Part shown: one piece after another, positions 29,952-40,305 of the stretch
Numbering within the stretch: position 1 is the first letter of the stretch
Layout of the letters: the number at the start of each line of letters is the position of its first letter
Assembly: GCA_039811685.1 (NCBI GenBank)
Contig: JBDHZC010000001.1
Span: 224,001-288,000, forward strand
Direction of reading: 5' to 3'
DNA length: 64,000 nt
Source of the DNA: Armatimonadota bacterium
GTDB taxonomy: Bacteria > Armatimonadota > UBA5829 > DSUL01
The notes under the pieces: model-generated
Database searches by the model: none
Told to the model about the DNA's origin: nothing
The model's input: the letters and a program-made list of their open reading frames with translations, nothing else
Made by a program: the position numbers and the translations under genes

Positions 29952-31102
29952 CAGACGGTTAGCTCCGGCACATCCTGCCAGCTTCCTGATGCCCAGCTCC
30001 TTATTCCAAGCTCTGCGAGTTGCACTCCTTTTGCTCCTTCAAGAAGGTCCCACGGAAAAGGCTCGCCAATCGCTACGTGCTTAAGAAAGAGCTCCCACTG
30101 AACTTTGAATGCATTCTCGAAGAGCTGATTGTCCGGGACTTCCTGCCACGTGTCGAAAAAAGAGACAGGCTGGGGGATATCAGGATTCCAGACGGGTTTG
30201 GGTGTGTTGGCCCTGTGCTGCGTCTTGCAGCCGCGCAGGCCGGCCACAGCGCTGCCCTCAGTGCCGTCAACCTGCAGAACAAACAGATCATCCCGGTACA
30301 CCCTGACGGCCCAGGATGAGTTCATGTGTGCGATAACTCCATTTGGGAGCTTGAATGTGGCATAGGCGGCATCGTCCGCGGTGGCCTCGTACGCTTTTCC
30401 GGATTCGTCATAGCGCTGGGGAATATGCGTCGCACCGAGACACGAGACTGCCTCCACAGGGCCGAAGAGATTGTCCAGCACATATCGCCAGTGGCAGAGC
30501 ATGTCAACGATGATGCCGCCACCGTCCTCCTTGCGGTAATTCCAGGATGGCCGCTGAGCCGCCTGCCAGTCTCCTTCGAAGACCCAGTAGCCGAACTCGC
30601 CTCGAACGGAAAGTATCCGCCCAAAGAATCCTCCGTCGATGAGACGCTTGAGCTTCAACAGGCCCGGCAACCAGAGTTTGTCCTGCACGACACCGTTTTT
30701 CAAGCCTTTTGTTCGCGCCAGGCGCGCCAAGTCCAGTGCTTCGTCCAGATTTGTGGCTGTCGGTTTCTCACAGTAGACGACTTTGCCTGCCTCGAGCGCC
30801 TGCGTGACGGAAACAACGCGTCTGTGTGTCGTTTGAGCGTCGAAATAGATGCTTTCCTTCGGGTCGGCCAGGCACTTGTCGAGATCTGTAGTCCATCGCA
30901 GACCGCCGTGTTCTTCCGCCAGAGCGCAGAGCTTTTGCTCATTTCGTCCAACTAAAATCGGGTCTGGCATGAGAGTCTCTGTCGGTGTGAGGGGGACACC
31001 ACCCTGATTGCGGATAGCCAGGATAGATCGCACAAGATGCTGATTTGTGCCCATGCGTCCTGTGACGCCATTCATAATGATGCCGATGCGTTGCTGTGAC
31101 AT
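29951..31102 (-). CDS. Gfo/Idh/MocA family oxidoreductase
   Basis: NGVTGRMG, CEKP and GGGIIVDMLCH. Confidence 0.92.
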   Translation of the reverse strand: MSQQRIGIIMNGVTGRMGTNQHLVRSILAIRNQGGVPLTPTETLMPDPILVGRNEQKLCALAEEHGGLRWTTDLDKCLADPKESIYFDAQTTHRRVVSVTQALEAGKVVYCEKPTATNLDEALDLARLARTKGLKNGVVQDKLWLPGLLKLKRLIDGGFFGRILSVRGEFGYWVFEGDWQAAQRPSWNYRKEDGGGIIVDMLCHWRYVLDNLFGPVEAVSCLGATHIPQRYDESGKAYEATADDAAYATFKLPNGVIAHMNSSWAVRVYRDDLFVLQVDGTEGSAVAGLRGCKTQHRANTPKPVWNPDIPQPVSFFDTWQEVPDNQLFENAFKVQWELFLKHVAIGEPFPWDLLEGAKGVQLAELGIRSWASGSWQDVPELTV

Positions 31103-31364
31103 GCAGCCTCTTTTCCGTCATTGAGATATGGCCGCCCGCCTGGGGCACACCCGTGATCCCTTCTCCGTAACGCCGCCGTCTCCCTGCGGCTGGCAGCTCT
31201 GTTTCGGCGCTCTATTATCGCAATCGGTCTCATCAGCATTGCGGAGATTGACAAGCGGCTGGCGAGAGCCTATGTGCAGGACTAAGGGCGTCCCGGACAT
31301 AACATCGAATGAAGTCTTGGCTGAGGCCCCGCAATCGCGCTGATTGTGCGGGTGACGAGCTCAA

Positions 31365-32747
31365 ATGCAGGGTACGAACGCAATGATCCAGATTGACAAC
31401 TCACTTGAAGTCGGCGATCTCACGACGAGATTACGCGATTTCTGGCGCCTTAGCGCACAGAAAATTCGCTCTATTGAGAACAGCTGGACCGCAGCAGACG
31501 GCGCGCCGGTCTTTACCATAGCAGGCCGCTATTCGACGCGTGGCTGGACAGAATGGACGCAAGGTTTTCAGTTTGGCTCTGCTATTTTGCAGTTCGATGC
31601 GACTGGAGACGAAGAATTCCTTGAAATCGGCCGGGAGAACACGCGCCGGTATATGGCTTCTCACGTTACTCATTTTGGCGTGCACGATCACGGCTTCAAC
31701 AATGTGAGCACGTACGGGAACCTGCTTCGATTGATGAATGAGAAGCGTATTCCAGAGAGCGCCGAGGAGCGAGACTTCTATGAGTTGGCCCTCAAAGCCA
31801 GCGCTGCTGTGCAGGCGCACAGGTGGACTTGCACCAGCGCAGGTGGCGGGTTTATCTATTCCTTCAACGGACCTCATTCTCTGTTTGCCGACACCATCCG
31901 TTCGCTGCGCTCATTGGCGATCGGTCATCGGCTGGGGCATGTCCTGATGGGCGAGCGCGATGTAGAGACGCCCTTGCTGGAGCGTCTTCTTCAGCACGCC
32001 CGAGCGACTGCGGATTACAGCGTTTACTACGGACAGGGGCGTGACATCTATGATGTGCGTGGCCGAGTGGCGCATGAGAGTCTGTTCAACACCAATGACG
32101 GAAACTACCGGGCGCCCAGTACACAACAAGGCTACTCTCCGTTTTCTACCTGGACGCGCGGCCTCGCGTGGGTAATGCTTGGTTTTGCCGAAGAGCTGGA
32201 GTTTGTGGATACACTGAAGACAACTGACCAGCTGACTGAGGCCAGAGCCTGGATGCTGCGCGCTGCACAGGCGGCGTGCGACTTCTATATTGAACACACG
32301 CCTCTTGACGGCATCCCTTACTGGGACACGGGCGCGCCGGGGTTGTCTCATGTGGGAGGCTATCTCGACAAAGTGTCCGATCCCTTCAACAGCTGGGAGC
32401 CGGTGGATTCCTCTGCAGCGGCTATTGGGTGTCAGGGACTCCTGCGCCTCGGCCGGTATCTTCAGAATCAGGGAGACGCCGCGCAGGGGCGGCGGTACTG
32501 GCAGGCGGGTTTGAAGACGCTGAGCTCGCTCCTGACTGAGCCTTACCTGAGCGTCGATCCCGATCACCAGGGACTGATTCTGCACTCAATTTATCACCGT
32601 CCCAATGGTTGGGATCATATTCCGGAAGGCTCGTCAATCCCGCTTGGAGAATCCAGTATGTGGGGTGACTATCACGCCAGAGAGGCAGCGCTGTACATTC
32701 AAAGAATCATCAACCACGAGCCCTACTATACGTTTTTCGGAAGTTGA
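31365..32747 (+). CDS. GH88-like (unsaturated glucuronyl hydrolase) glycoside hydrolase
   Basis: WTQGF, HDHGF, QGY..STWTRG.AW, PYWD, DSSAAAI and WGDY. Confidence 0.85.
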   Translation: MQGTNAMIQIDNSLEVGDLTTRLRDFWRLSAQKIRSIENSWTAADGAPVFTIAGRYSTRGWTEWTQGFQFGSAILQFDATGDEEFLEIGRENTRRYMASHVTHFGVHDHGFNNVSTYGNLLRLMNEKRIPESAEERDFYELALKASAAVQAHRWTCTSAGGGFIYSFNGPHSLFADTIRSLRSLAIGHRLGHVLMGERDVETPLLERLLQHARATADYSVYYGQGRDIYDVRGRVAHESLFNTNDGNYRAPSTQQGYSPFSTWTRGLAWVMLGFAEELEFVDTLKTTDQLTEARAWMLRAAQAACDFYIEHTPLDGIPYWDTGAPGLSHVGGYLDKVSDPFNSWEPVDSSAAAIGCQGLLRLGRYLQNQGDAAQGRRYWQAGLKTLSSLLTEPYLSVDPDHQGLILHSIYHRPNGWDHIPEGSSIPLGESSMWGDYHAREAALYIQRIINHEPYYTFFGS

Positions 32748-32759
32748 GAGGACAGGACC

Positions 32760-33251
32760 ATGGCAACAGATGCTGAGAGAGAACTTCATCGACGTCTGGC
32801 GGGGGCGTTGTTCAACCAGACTCAAGAGTTGCTCGAAAGAGACGAGCGAACTCCGGAAGAAGATGAGTTGATGGTGCACTCTGCCCATGCTTCTCGCTAT
32901 CACTGGAGCCAGGTGGGCGACGCACTAAACTTCGCAATTGGAGACTGGCTGCTTTCGCGGGTTTACTCTGTGCTGGATCGTCCAGAGCCAGCGCTCTGGT
33001 ACGCTGGTCTGAGTCTGGAGACCAGTGTAGAAAACGACCTTGAACCTTTTTACACCGCACATGCCTACGAATCTTTGGCGCGCGCATTTGCCATTTCCGC
33101 TGAGGTGAAAGATGCTCAGGAGGCGCTCAATGAGGCTCAGGCTCTGATGCGCCAGGTGCATGATGAAGCGGATCGAGTGTCTCTGAAAGACGACCTTGAG
33201 GAAGTGCGCCGTCTGATAGCTCTGGAATCTGGCGGTGGCTCAGATGCTTGA
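32760..33251 (+). CDS. Hypothetical alpha-helical (TPR-like) protein
   Basis: RBS, operon position and helical-repeat-like pattern (AHASRYHW, SRVY, AYESLARA). Confidence 0.7.
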   Translation: MATDAERELHRRLAGALFNQTQELLERDERTPEEDELMVHSAHASRYHWSQVGDALNFAIGDWLLSRVYSVLDRPEPALWYAGLSLETSVENDLEPFYTAHAYESLARAFAISAEVKDAQEALNEAQALMRQVHDEADRVSLKDDLEEVRRLIALESGGGSDA

Positions 33252-34020
33252 ACGGCGGGTGGCTTTGGTCACGGGTGGCAGCCGCGGTATCGGACTTGGG
33301 ATCGTGCGCAGTCTCCTAGAAGAAGGGCTGGCAGTTGTTCTGAGCGGTCAGAGAAGCGCACAGGACGTGCAGGGTGTCGTAGATGAGCTGAGAGAATGTT
33401 GGGAGGATGTGCTGTATGTTCAGGCGGACAACAGCAAAGTTCAGGACAGGCAGGTTCTGCTTGACACGGTAAGAAAAGCGTGGGGGCGCCTGGATGTACT
33501 TGTGAACAACGCCGGTGTGGCGCCCAGTGTACGCGCGGACATTCTGGATGCAACTGAGCAGAGCTTTGACCACCTGATCAACGTCAACCTCAAAGGGCCG
33601 TATTTTCTGACGCAGGCTGCGGCTAACTGGATGATTGAGCAGAAGAGGGCGCAGGCTGAGCGAGTCTGTTGCGTCATCAACGTGACGTCCATCTCTGCGG
33701 ACACAGCATCAGTGAATAGAGGTGACTATTGCCTCACCAAAGCCGCCCTCGCTATGTCCTCGCGGCTGTGGAGCGTGCGCCTGGCTGAGTACGGTATCAA
33801 TGTCTATGAGATTCGACCGGGGATCATAGCAACCGATATGACTTCAGGTGTCAAAGACAAATATGACGCATTGATCGAGGATGGTCTGCTGCTTCAGAGG
33901 CGTTGGGGCCTTCCTGAAGATGTCGGTAAGGCTGCAGCAGCGCTGGTGCGCGGAGATTTTGCCTACTCGACAGGGCAGGTGATCATGGTGGACGGCGGAT
34001 TTTCAATATCGCGGTTGTAG
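33244..34020 (+). CDS. SDR oxidoreductase (FabG-like family)
   Basis: TGGSRGIG, NNAG, YCLTK, RPGIIATDMT and YSTGQ..VDGG. Confidence 0.92.
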   Translation: MLERRVALVTGGSRGIGLGIVRSLLEEGLAVVLSGQRSAQDVQGVVDELRECWEDVLYVQADNSKVQDRQVLLDTVRKAWGRLDVLVNNAGVAPSVRADILDATEQSFDHLINVNLKGPYFLTQAAANWMIEQKRAQAERVCCVINVTSISADTASVNRGDYCLTKAALAMSSRLWSVRLAEYGINVYEIRPGIIATDMTSGVKDKYDALIEDGLLLQRRWGLPEDVGKAAAALVRGDFAYSTGQVIMVDGGFSISRL

Positions 34021-34114
34021 AAAACCGTCTGTTCCGAGCCCACCGCTTCAATATCGCCAACTGAAAAGCCTTTTCGACCTGCGCTGCCTCAGTCGTCAGT
34101 ACGACTCCCGCAGG

Positions 34115-35146
34115 CTATCTCTGAACGCGACCGGAGGCATCGCCGCCCATGAGTTTTGTCACCTCTGAGGTCGAAATGCGATTGTAGTCACCGATTATCG
34201 AGTGTTTCAGACAGCTTGCCGCCACCGCGAAGTTCAGCGCGTCTTCCTTGTTGTCACAGGTCTGCAGTCCGTAGATGAGCCCGGCCGCGAAGGAATCCCC
34301 GCCTCCGACCCGATCAACGATGTCTGTGATCTCGTATTTACGGCTCAAATAGAACGAGTTCCTGTCGTGGAGGCAGGCGGACCAGCCGTTGACGTCCGCG
34401 CTGCGAGATTCGCGCAGCGTGATAGCCATGATCTTGAGGTTTGGAAAAGCATCAAGCACTTTCTTTGCCAGCGCATCATACTGAGTGGCGTCAATGTGGC
34501 CACTGGTGACATCAGAGTCCATAGTGATACCAAGAGATTTCTGACAGTCCTCTTCGTTTGCGATTCCTACGTCCACGAACTTGACCAGCTCTGTCATCAC
34601 TTCAGGTGCGCTCTTGCCCCACTTCCAGAGTTTGCCACGATAATTGAAATCGCAGGAGACTGTCACGCCCATCTCTCGCGCCGCGCGCACAGCGTTCATA
34701 GAAATATCCGCAGTGCTTTGCGTCAGGGCGGGCGTAATACCGGTGATGTGAAACCAGTCCGCTCCCCTCAGGATGGCTGTCCAATCGAAATCTTGAGAGC
34801 TGGCCTGGGCGATGCTTGAATGCGCTCTATCGTAAACAACGACTGAAGGGCGCTGGTTGGCCCCGGTCTCCAGATAATAGATTCCGATTCTGTCACCCTG
34901 TCTGAGGATTGAGGATGTATCCACGCCGAAGCCCCTTAGTTCGCGGATACAAGCTTCGGCGATGGCATTCTTTGGAAGTGCTGTGACAAACGCGGCATCC
35001 ATTCCGAAGTTCGCGAGAGACACGGCGACGTTGGCTTCTCCGCCGCCAAAAGTCGCCTCCAGCTCTGGAGACTGGAACAAACGCTCCAGACCCGGAGATT
35101 TCAGCCTCAACATAACCTCGCCAAAAGTCACAACACGCTGAGACAT
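34115..35146 (-). CDS. kdgK: 2-keto-3-deoxygluconate kinase (PfkB family)
   Basis: [29 protein letters not shown] and [12 protein letters not shown]. Confidence 0.9.
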   Translation of the reverse strand: MSQRVVTFGEVMLRLKSPGLERLFQSPELEATFGGGEANVAVSLANFGMDAAFVTALPKNAIAEACIRELRGFGVDTSSILRQGDRIGIYYLETGANQRPSVVVYDRAHSSIAQASSQDFDWTAILRGADWFHITGITPALTQSTADISMNAVRAAREMGVTVSCDFNYRGKLWKWGKSAPEVMTELVKFVDVGIANEEDCQKSLGITMDSDVTSGHIDATQYDALAKKVLDAFPNLKIMAITLRESRSADVNGWSACLHDRNSFYLSRKYEITDIVDRVGGGDSFAAGLIYGLQTCDNKEDALNFAVAASCLKHSIIGDYNRISTSEVTKLMGGDASGRVQR

Positions 35147-35147
35147 T

Positions 35148-35849
35148 CTAACCCTTCACCGCCTTTTCCATATCCCGAAATTCCCGAACGAACTCTACGC
35201 ATCTGCGGCTGGCACTGACAATAAGACTGTAGTCTCCAGAGCGGATGATGTCGGGCTTCACCATCCACGTGCCGCCGCAAGCCAGCACCTTTTCAAATCC
35301 CAGGTACTCACGGATGTTGTGTGGATCAATCCCGCCAGTTGGTATAAAGCGCAGCATCCCAAACGGCGCCGCAAGCGCTCTCAGCGTTTTCAGCCCACCG
35401 ATTGCTTCTGCCGGGAAGAACTTTACCACACCGAGCCCGTGCTCCACAGCCTTTGTCATGTCCGTTGCTGTGCTGCAACCCGGCGCGATTGTCACGCTTG
35501 AGTCCAGACAATACTCAACTACGCGTGAGTTAAAACCGGGAGTCACGATGAAACGCGCTCCCGCTTCGAGAGCCTCCTGGGCGTGTTCCACAGTCAAAAC
35601 GGTTCCAGCGCCTACTGTCATCTCCGGAATTTGTCTGCTGATTCGTCGAATAGAATCTGCGGCGCTTGCCGTCCGGAAAGTGATCTCCGCTACATTGAGG
35701 CCGCCTTCCATCAGTGCGTTGCAGACCGGCACGGCGCTGCTCGCATCATCAAGCACAACAACCGGGATTACTCCGACACGAGCAAAGACTGCAAATATAT
35801 CATCCACGTCGATTTTCCTTGGTAATTCCATTAGACCTTGAGCGCGCAT
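35148..35849 (-). CDS. eda: KDPG/KHG aldolase
   Basis: EITFRT, GAGTVL, KFFPAE and PTGGI. Start may be slightly downstream. Confidence 0.95.
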   Translation of the reverse strand: MRAQGLMELPRKIDVDDIFAVFARVGVIPVVVLDDASSAVPVCNALMEGGLNVAEITFRTASAADSIRRISRQIPEMTVGAGTVLTVEHAQEALEAGARFIVTPGFNSRVVEYCLDSSVTIAPGCSTATDMTKAVEHGLGVVKFFPAEAIGGLKTLRALAAPFGMLRFIPTGGIDPHNIREYLGFEKVLACGGTWMVKPDIIRSGDYSLIVSASRRCVEFVREFRDMEKAVKG

Positions 35850-36495
35850 TCCCCTGTGTGATTTCGTTCGTTACTCGTGTAACCTCGCACTGCTGACCAC
35901 GTCCTCAAGAGCTTTTGTGTGAAACTCTCGGCGACACGCTAAGCAGCAGCCGATGGTGGCCGTCTACAAGCGCTTCTCCGGCAGCCATCACGTTTCCTGT
36001 CGCGTTCAGGTCGTCCGATGAATTTCTAGCAACTGTACCAGATGACTTTCGCGCAAATGTATGAGAAGATTAGTCTAGTAGCTAGAGCGTCATCGTCCGG
36101 ATATGAGATGTCTTTCGATGACTGCCACTCGATTTGCCGAGAGTAAACCGTGCGCCGGAGATGTCAACGAGCGGACCTGGCGTGCGGGCAAAGCGGCTTT
36201 CTCACGCTCTCTCGGATGCTGACAGTGAGAAAAGGGTTCTTTTGGTTTCCACTCTTACTTGCCAGAGAGGCGCTTGCGCCCCTCTGGCATTCTTTTTGAC
36301 TGCCTCCAGCAATCCGTTGAATGCGCCGATACTACATCAAGACCGCCCAGCATCGCGAGCGCGAGCCCACCTGTGGCGGCTCAGGTCGCACACGGCTATC
36401 CTGAATTCAGGAAGTTCACTGGAGGAGAGGGAAGCCGACGCCTGACTTCTGCGTGCAAGCGGGCAGAAAAATAGTCTGACAGGAGTTGAAGGCTG

Positions 36496-36873
36496 GTGTC
36501 CTCTGACAATCGAGATCTTAGAGAAGGTATTCGTCTGGTTAGAAGTGGGCAGGTTTCGGAGGCTCTCTGGCACCTTCGTATGGCGATAGTAAATGAGCCC
36601 GGGAACCCTGTCGCTCATGAGTACCTCGGTGCGGCATTTGCCTATGAGCAGGACACGGAATCGGCGATCCTGGAGATGCAGGAAGCCGTACGATTGAATC
36701 CGCGCAACGCTGCTTACCGCTACAACCTCGGTCAGATCCTGGAGATCGCCGGTCGAGTAGCTGAAGCGCGTTTGGAGTACGAGACCGCGCTTCGCCTCAG
36801 CCCCACTTATGCGCGGGCTTTAACAGCGTTCCAAAGAGTCTCCAAACACATTGAGCCAGCAACCTCAAGCTAG
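36496..36873 (+). CDS. Tetratricopeptide repeat protein
   Basis: AHEYLG...A...P and YNLG...A...P repeats; AGGAG upstream. Confidence 0.8.
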   Translation: MSSDNRDLREGIRLVRSGQVSEALWHLRMAIVNEPGNPVAHEYLGAAFAYEQDTESAILEMQEAVRLNPRNAAYRYNLGQILEIAGRVAEARLEYETALRLSPTYARALTAFQRVSKHIEPATSS

Positions 36874-37007
36874 TCACTCGCACGTCTGAAAATTGACGCA
36901 ACTTCTCACACATGTTAGCATCTTCGCGGAGTTCTGCCGCGGAGTGTTATGGGGCAGGGCATGTTGTTGCGCTTTGCGCATGCCAGAGGAAAGTGGGGCG
37001 TCAGAAA

Positions 37008-38366
37008 TTGGCGAAGCCGGTTGTCGCAATCGTGGGCCGACCCAATGTCGGTAAATCCACACTTTTCAACCGCCTCATTGGCCGCCGCGTCGCTATTGTC
37101 GAGGATACTCCCGGCGTTACGCGCGACCGCATCTACGCGGAGGCATCCTGGCGCGGACGGGACTTCGTACTGACCGACACCGGCGGCATCCTCTGGGGCG
37201 ATCAGGACCCGATCCGCGAGAGGATACTGGATCAGGCACAGGTAGCCATGGAAGAGGCTGACGTCATCATTATGGTGGCGGATGTACGCGATGGGCTCAC
37301 AGGCGCTGATCACGACATCGCGGAGTTCCTGCGCCGCGCCAAACGCCCCGTTCTGGTGGCGGCCAATAAGGCTGACGACGAGAATTGGAGCCATGCCGCT
37401 GCGGAGTTTCATGCGATGGGCTTCGACGAAATGTTCGCAATTTCAGCTCATCACGGGCACGGAATTGCTGACCTTTTGGATGCTGTGGCTGCTCGCCTTC
37501 CTGATGCTACCGACGAACCCCAGTACGATGACTCCACTGTGCGCCTTGCTGTGGTAGGGCGTCCCAATGTTGGCAAGTCCTCTCTCATTAACGCTATTCT
37601 TGGAGAGGAGCGAGTGATCGTCTCCGACGTGGCGGGCACCACGCGCGATGCCATTGACACCCCTTTCACCTGGCGCGATCGGAATCTGGTATTTGTCGAT
37701 ACCGCGGGGATTCGCCGCTCCGGAAAAGTGCAGGGTTCCATTGAGTACTACAGCGTTCTGCGAGCGATGCGCGCTATGGAGAGGGCAGACGTAGCGCTTC
37801 TGGTAGTTGACGGGGTCTCAGGTTTACTGGACGGTGACAAGCGTGTCGGCGGCTACGCAAAAGACGCGAATTGCGCCTGCGTTGTTGTTGTAAACAAATG
37901 GGATATCGCGCCTGATCGAGCTCCCCGCGCTCGAAGGGCCCTGGAACACGAAATCCGGCTGCAGATGCCGTTTTTGGACTATGCCCCGATTGCCTTCATT
38001 TCCGCGCTCAGAGGAACAGGACTTGATGCGGTCATTGATGCGAGCATGGTGTCCTACGACAACTACAACCGCCGCATCCAGACAGGAGAGTTGAACCGCC
38101 TCTTGCACGAATGGACGGACGCGCGGCCGTATTCACGCAAAGGGCGAGAGTTGAAGGTGTACTATGGTACGATGAGCCGCGTAAGGCCACCGACTATCAC
38201 TTTGTTTGTGAACGATCCGCAGCTTTTTCATTTTTCTTATCGTCGCTATCTTCTCAACCGCTTTCGGGCGCAATTCGGGTTTGCCGGAACTCCACTGATT
38301 CTGAACGTACGCAAGGCGGAAGGTGAGCGAGGCAAACCCAGAAAAAACAGGACAAATGCCGAGTGA
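37008..38366 (+). CDS. der: Ribosome biogenesis GTPase Der (EngA)
   Basis: Two GRPNVGKS G-domains (DTGG/NKAD, DTAG/NKWD) and a KH-like C-terminus. TTG start. Confidence 0.97.
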   Translation: MAKPVVAIVGRPNVGKSTLFNRLIGRRVAIVEDTPGVTRDRIYAEASWRGRDFVLTDTGGILWGDQDPIRERILDQAQVAMEEADVIIMVADVRDGLTGADHDIAEFLRRAKRPVLVAANKADDENWSHAAAEFHAMGFDEMFAISAHHGHGIADLLDAVAARLPDATDEPQYDDSTVRLAVVGRPNVGKSSLINAILGEERVIVSDVAGTTRDAIDTPFTWRDRNLVFVDTAGIRRSGKVQGSIEYYSVLRAMRAMERADVALLVVDGVSGLLDGDKRVGGYAKDANCACVVVVNKWDIAPDRAPRARRALEHEIRLQMPFLDYAPIAFISALRGTGLDAVIDASMVSYDNYNRRIQTGELNRLLHEWTDARPYSRKGRELKVYYGTMSRVRPPTITLFVNDPQLFHFSYRRYLLNRFRAQFGFAGTPLILNVRKAEGERGKPRKNRTNAE

Positions 38367-39135
38367 ACTGATTGCCGAAATCCTGTTGGGAGCCTATCTC
38401 TTTGCCTCCATTCCGTTTGGTCTGCTGGTCGGATTCCTGTGGAAGCGGGTGGATATTCGCCAGTTCGGAAGTGGAAATATTGGAGCCAGCAATGTTCTGA
38501 GACTGCTCGGATGGCCAGCGGCGCTCGTCGTGCTCATGCTGGATACAGCTAAGGGCTTTGCTCCGGTCTGGTTTGCCATTGCCCTCACGGACAACAACCC
38601 GCTGATGGCAGTTGGCGCAGGATTGGCGGCGATATTGGGTCACAATTTCTCGCTGTTTTTGAAGTTCAAAGGCGGGAAGGGTGTGGCCACAAGTCTGGGC
38701 GTGCTGATTGGGCTGTCGCCCGAAATCGCTGTCATTGCTCTGTTCATCTGGATTCTCGTGGTCAGCGTTACCCGGTTCATCTCAGTAGCATCCATTGCGA
38801 CGGGTATCAGCGTCCCGATTCTTATGTGGTTATCAGCCCGGGCTCACACTATTCATTTGTCCCGTCCGATGGCGCCAGAGTATATTTACCTCGGGTTGCT
38901 TGGCGCAGGCTTTATTCTCCTCAAGCATCGCTCAAATCTGGTGCGCTTGGTGAACGGGACGGAGCCGCGTATCGGTCAAAAGATCCATTCGAAGTGTCCA
39001 AGTGTCCACCTGGATGCCGGAGCGCGCAAATCCTCTGAGAGCGCGCAAGATTCTACGCCAGAGCCTGGCGCAAATCCTCAACCAGATCTTCAGCGTCCTC
39101 CAGACCCACGGAAAGCCGACAGACGCCCTGAGTAA
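38356..39135 (+). CDS. plsY: Glycerol-3-phosphate acyltransferase PlsY with C-terminal extension
   Basis: SIPFG, GSGNIGASN, DTAKG, GHNF...FKGGKGVAT and HRSN..RL..GTE. Confidence 0.95.
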   Translation: MPSELIAEILLGAYLFASIPFGLLVGFLWKRVDIRQFGSGNIGASNVLRLLGWPAALVVLMLDTAKGFAPVWFAIALTDNNPLMAVGAGLAAILGHNFSLFLKFKGGKGVATSLGVLIGLSPEIAVIALFIWILVVSVTRFISVASIATGISVPILMWLSARAHTIHLSRPMAPEYIYLGLLGAGFILLKHRSNLVRLVNGTEPRIGQKIHSKCPSVHLDAGARKSSESAQDSTPEPGANPQPDLQRPPDPRKADRRPE

Positions 39136-40195
39136 TCCCCTGTTCCTCCTGCTCTTCGCGCGACAGGGGCGCATGAGTCATTGTCGCAGAATGTGAAATC
39201 AAGGACTCAACGCCACCGAGACTTTCGGCAAGAGACCAGACCTTCAAGCGAGAAGTGAACTCTGTCACAGCTTCCAGTCCACCCTCAAAATCCGCTGAGA
39301 CCATTCCGGAAAAGCCCGTCATCTGACGCTTTGCCACCTCATGCTGAGGGTGAGAGGGCAACCCGCAGTACATTACCCACTGCACTCGTGGATGCGATTC
39401 CAGAAAGCGCGCGACGGCCATAGCGTTCTCCTGGTGTGCTTGCATGCGCAGGCCAAGGGTTCTGACTCCTCTCAGAGTAAGCCAGTTGTCAAAGGGACTG
39501 GGCGTGGGACCCGTCGCGTTCTGAAAGTAGAAGAAGGCGTCGTGCAGGTCCTGGCGGTTTGTCATCAGCGCGCCACCCAGCACATCCAGATGTCCCGAGA
39601 TATATTTCGTTGTACTGTGAAGCACCACGTCCGCGCCGAGGCTGAGCGGTTGCTGGCAATACGGGCTGGCCATTGTCGAGTCCACCGCGACAAAAGGGCT
39701 GCCCGGGTGAGCATGAGCAATCTCAGCGATAGCGCGGATATCTGAGATTGTGCCCAACGGATTGCCGGGAGTCTCCACCCAGATCATTCGGGTATTGCCT
39801 CTGAGCGCCCGCTGAATGTTGAGTGCGTCTTCGGTATTCACGAATGTAATCTCTATCCCGTAGTCCGAGAGGATTTTGCTGAAGTACCTGTATGTGCCGG
39901 CATACACGTGATGGGAGGCTATCGCGTGGTCGCCGGGCTTCAGAGTACTGGCGACTGCAGTGGCTGCCGCCATACCGCTGGAGTAGCAGACACAGTGCGT
40001 TGCGCCTTCCAACTCTGCAAGACACTCTTCAAGCGCTCTTCTCGTCGGATTGATGGAGCGCAGGTAGTCGAAGCCTCGATGGGCGCCGGGCTCGTCCATC
40101 ACGTGGGTCACATTCTGGTAAATAGGCGGTACCACAGCGCCTGTTCTGGCGTCCGGGTCCTGGCCGGCATGGATTGCTCTGGTCTGAAATTTCAT
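39053..40195 (-). CDS. Cystathionine gamma-lyase/synthase (Cys/Met PLP enzyme)
   Basis: TRAIHAG, NPTR, SSGMAA, ETPGNP, HSTTKYISGH and AESLGGVESL. Confidence 0.93.
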   Translation of the reverse strand: MKFQTRAIHAGQDPDARTGAVVPPIYQNVTHVMDEPGAHRGFDYLRSINPTRRALEECLAELEGATHCVCYSSGMAAATAVASTLKPGDHAIASHHVYAGTYRYFSKILSDYGIEITFVNTEDALNIQRALRGNTRMIWVETPGNPLGTISDIRAIAEIAHAHPGSPFVAVDSTMASPYCQQPLSLGADVVLHSTTKYISGHLDVLGGALMTNRQDLHDAFFYFQNATGPTPSPFDNWLTLRGVRTLGLRMQAHQENAMAVARFLESHPRVQWVMYCGLPSHPQHEVAKRQMTGFSGMVSADFEGGLEAVTEFTSRLKVWSLAESLGGVESLISHSATMTHAPLSREEQEEQGITQGVCRLSVGLEDAEDLVEDLRQALA

Positions 40196-40305
40196 GACGA
40201 GTGGACTATCTCCGCAAGGTTGGCCACATTGATGAGGCTATGCTGTAACAGGCAGCAACTCACAGGGATTATCACACAATTGCCTTTTCACGCAAGGCTC
40301 TGTGG

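Noticed and set aside
36912..37007. N-terminal extension of der (similar extensions in the ORF track for actF, sufB and the ABC ATPase)
   Set aside because: Conserved domains begin at downstream starts; the extensions come from longest-ORF calling.
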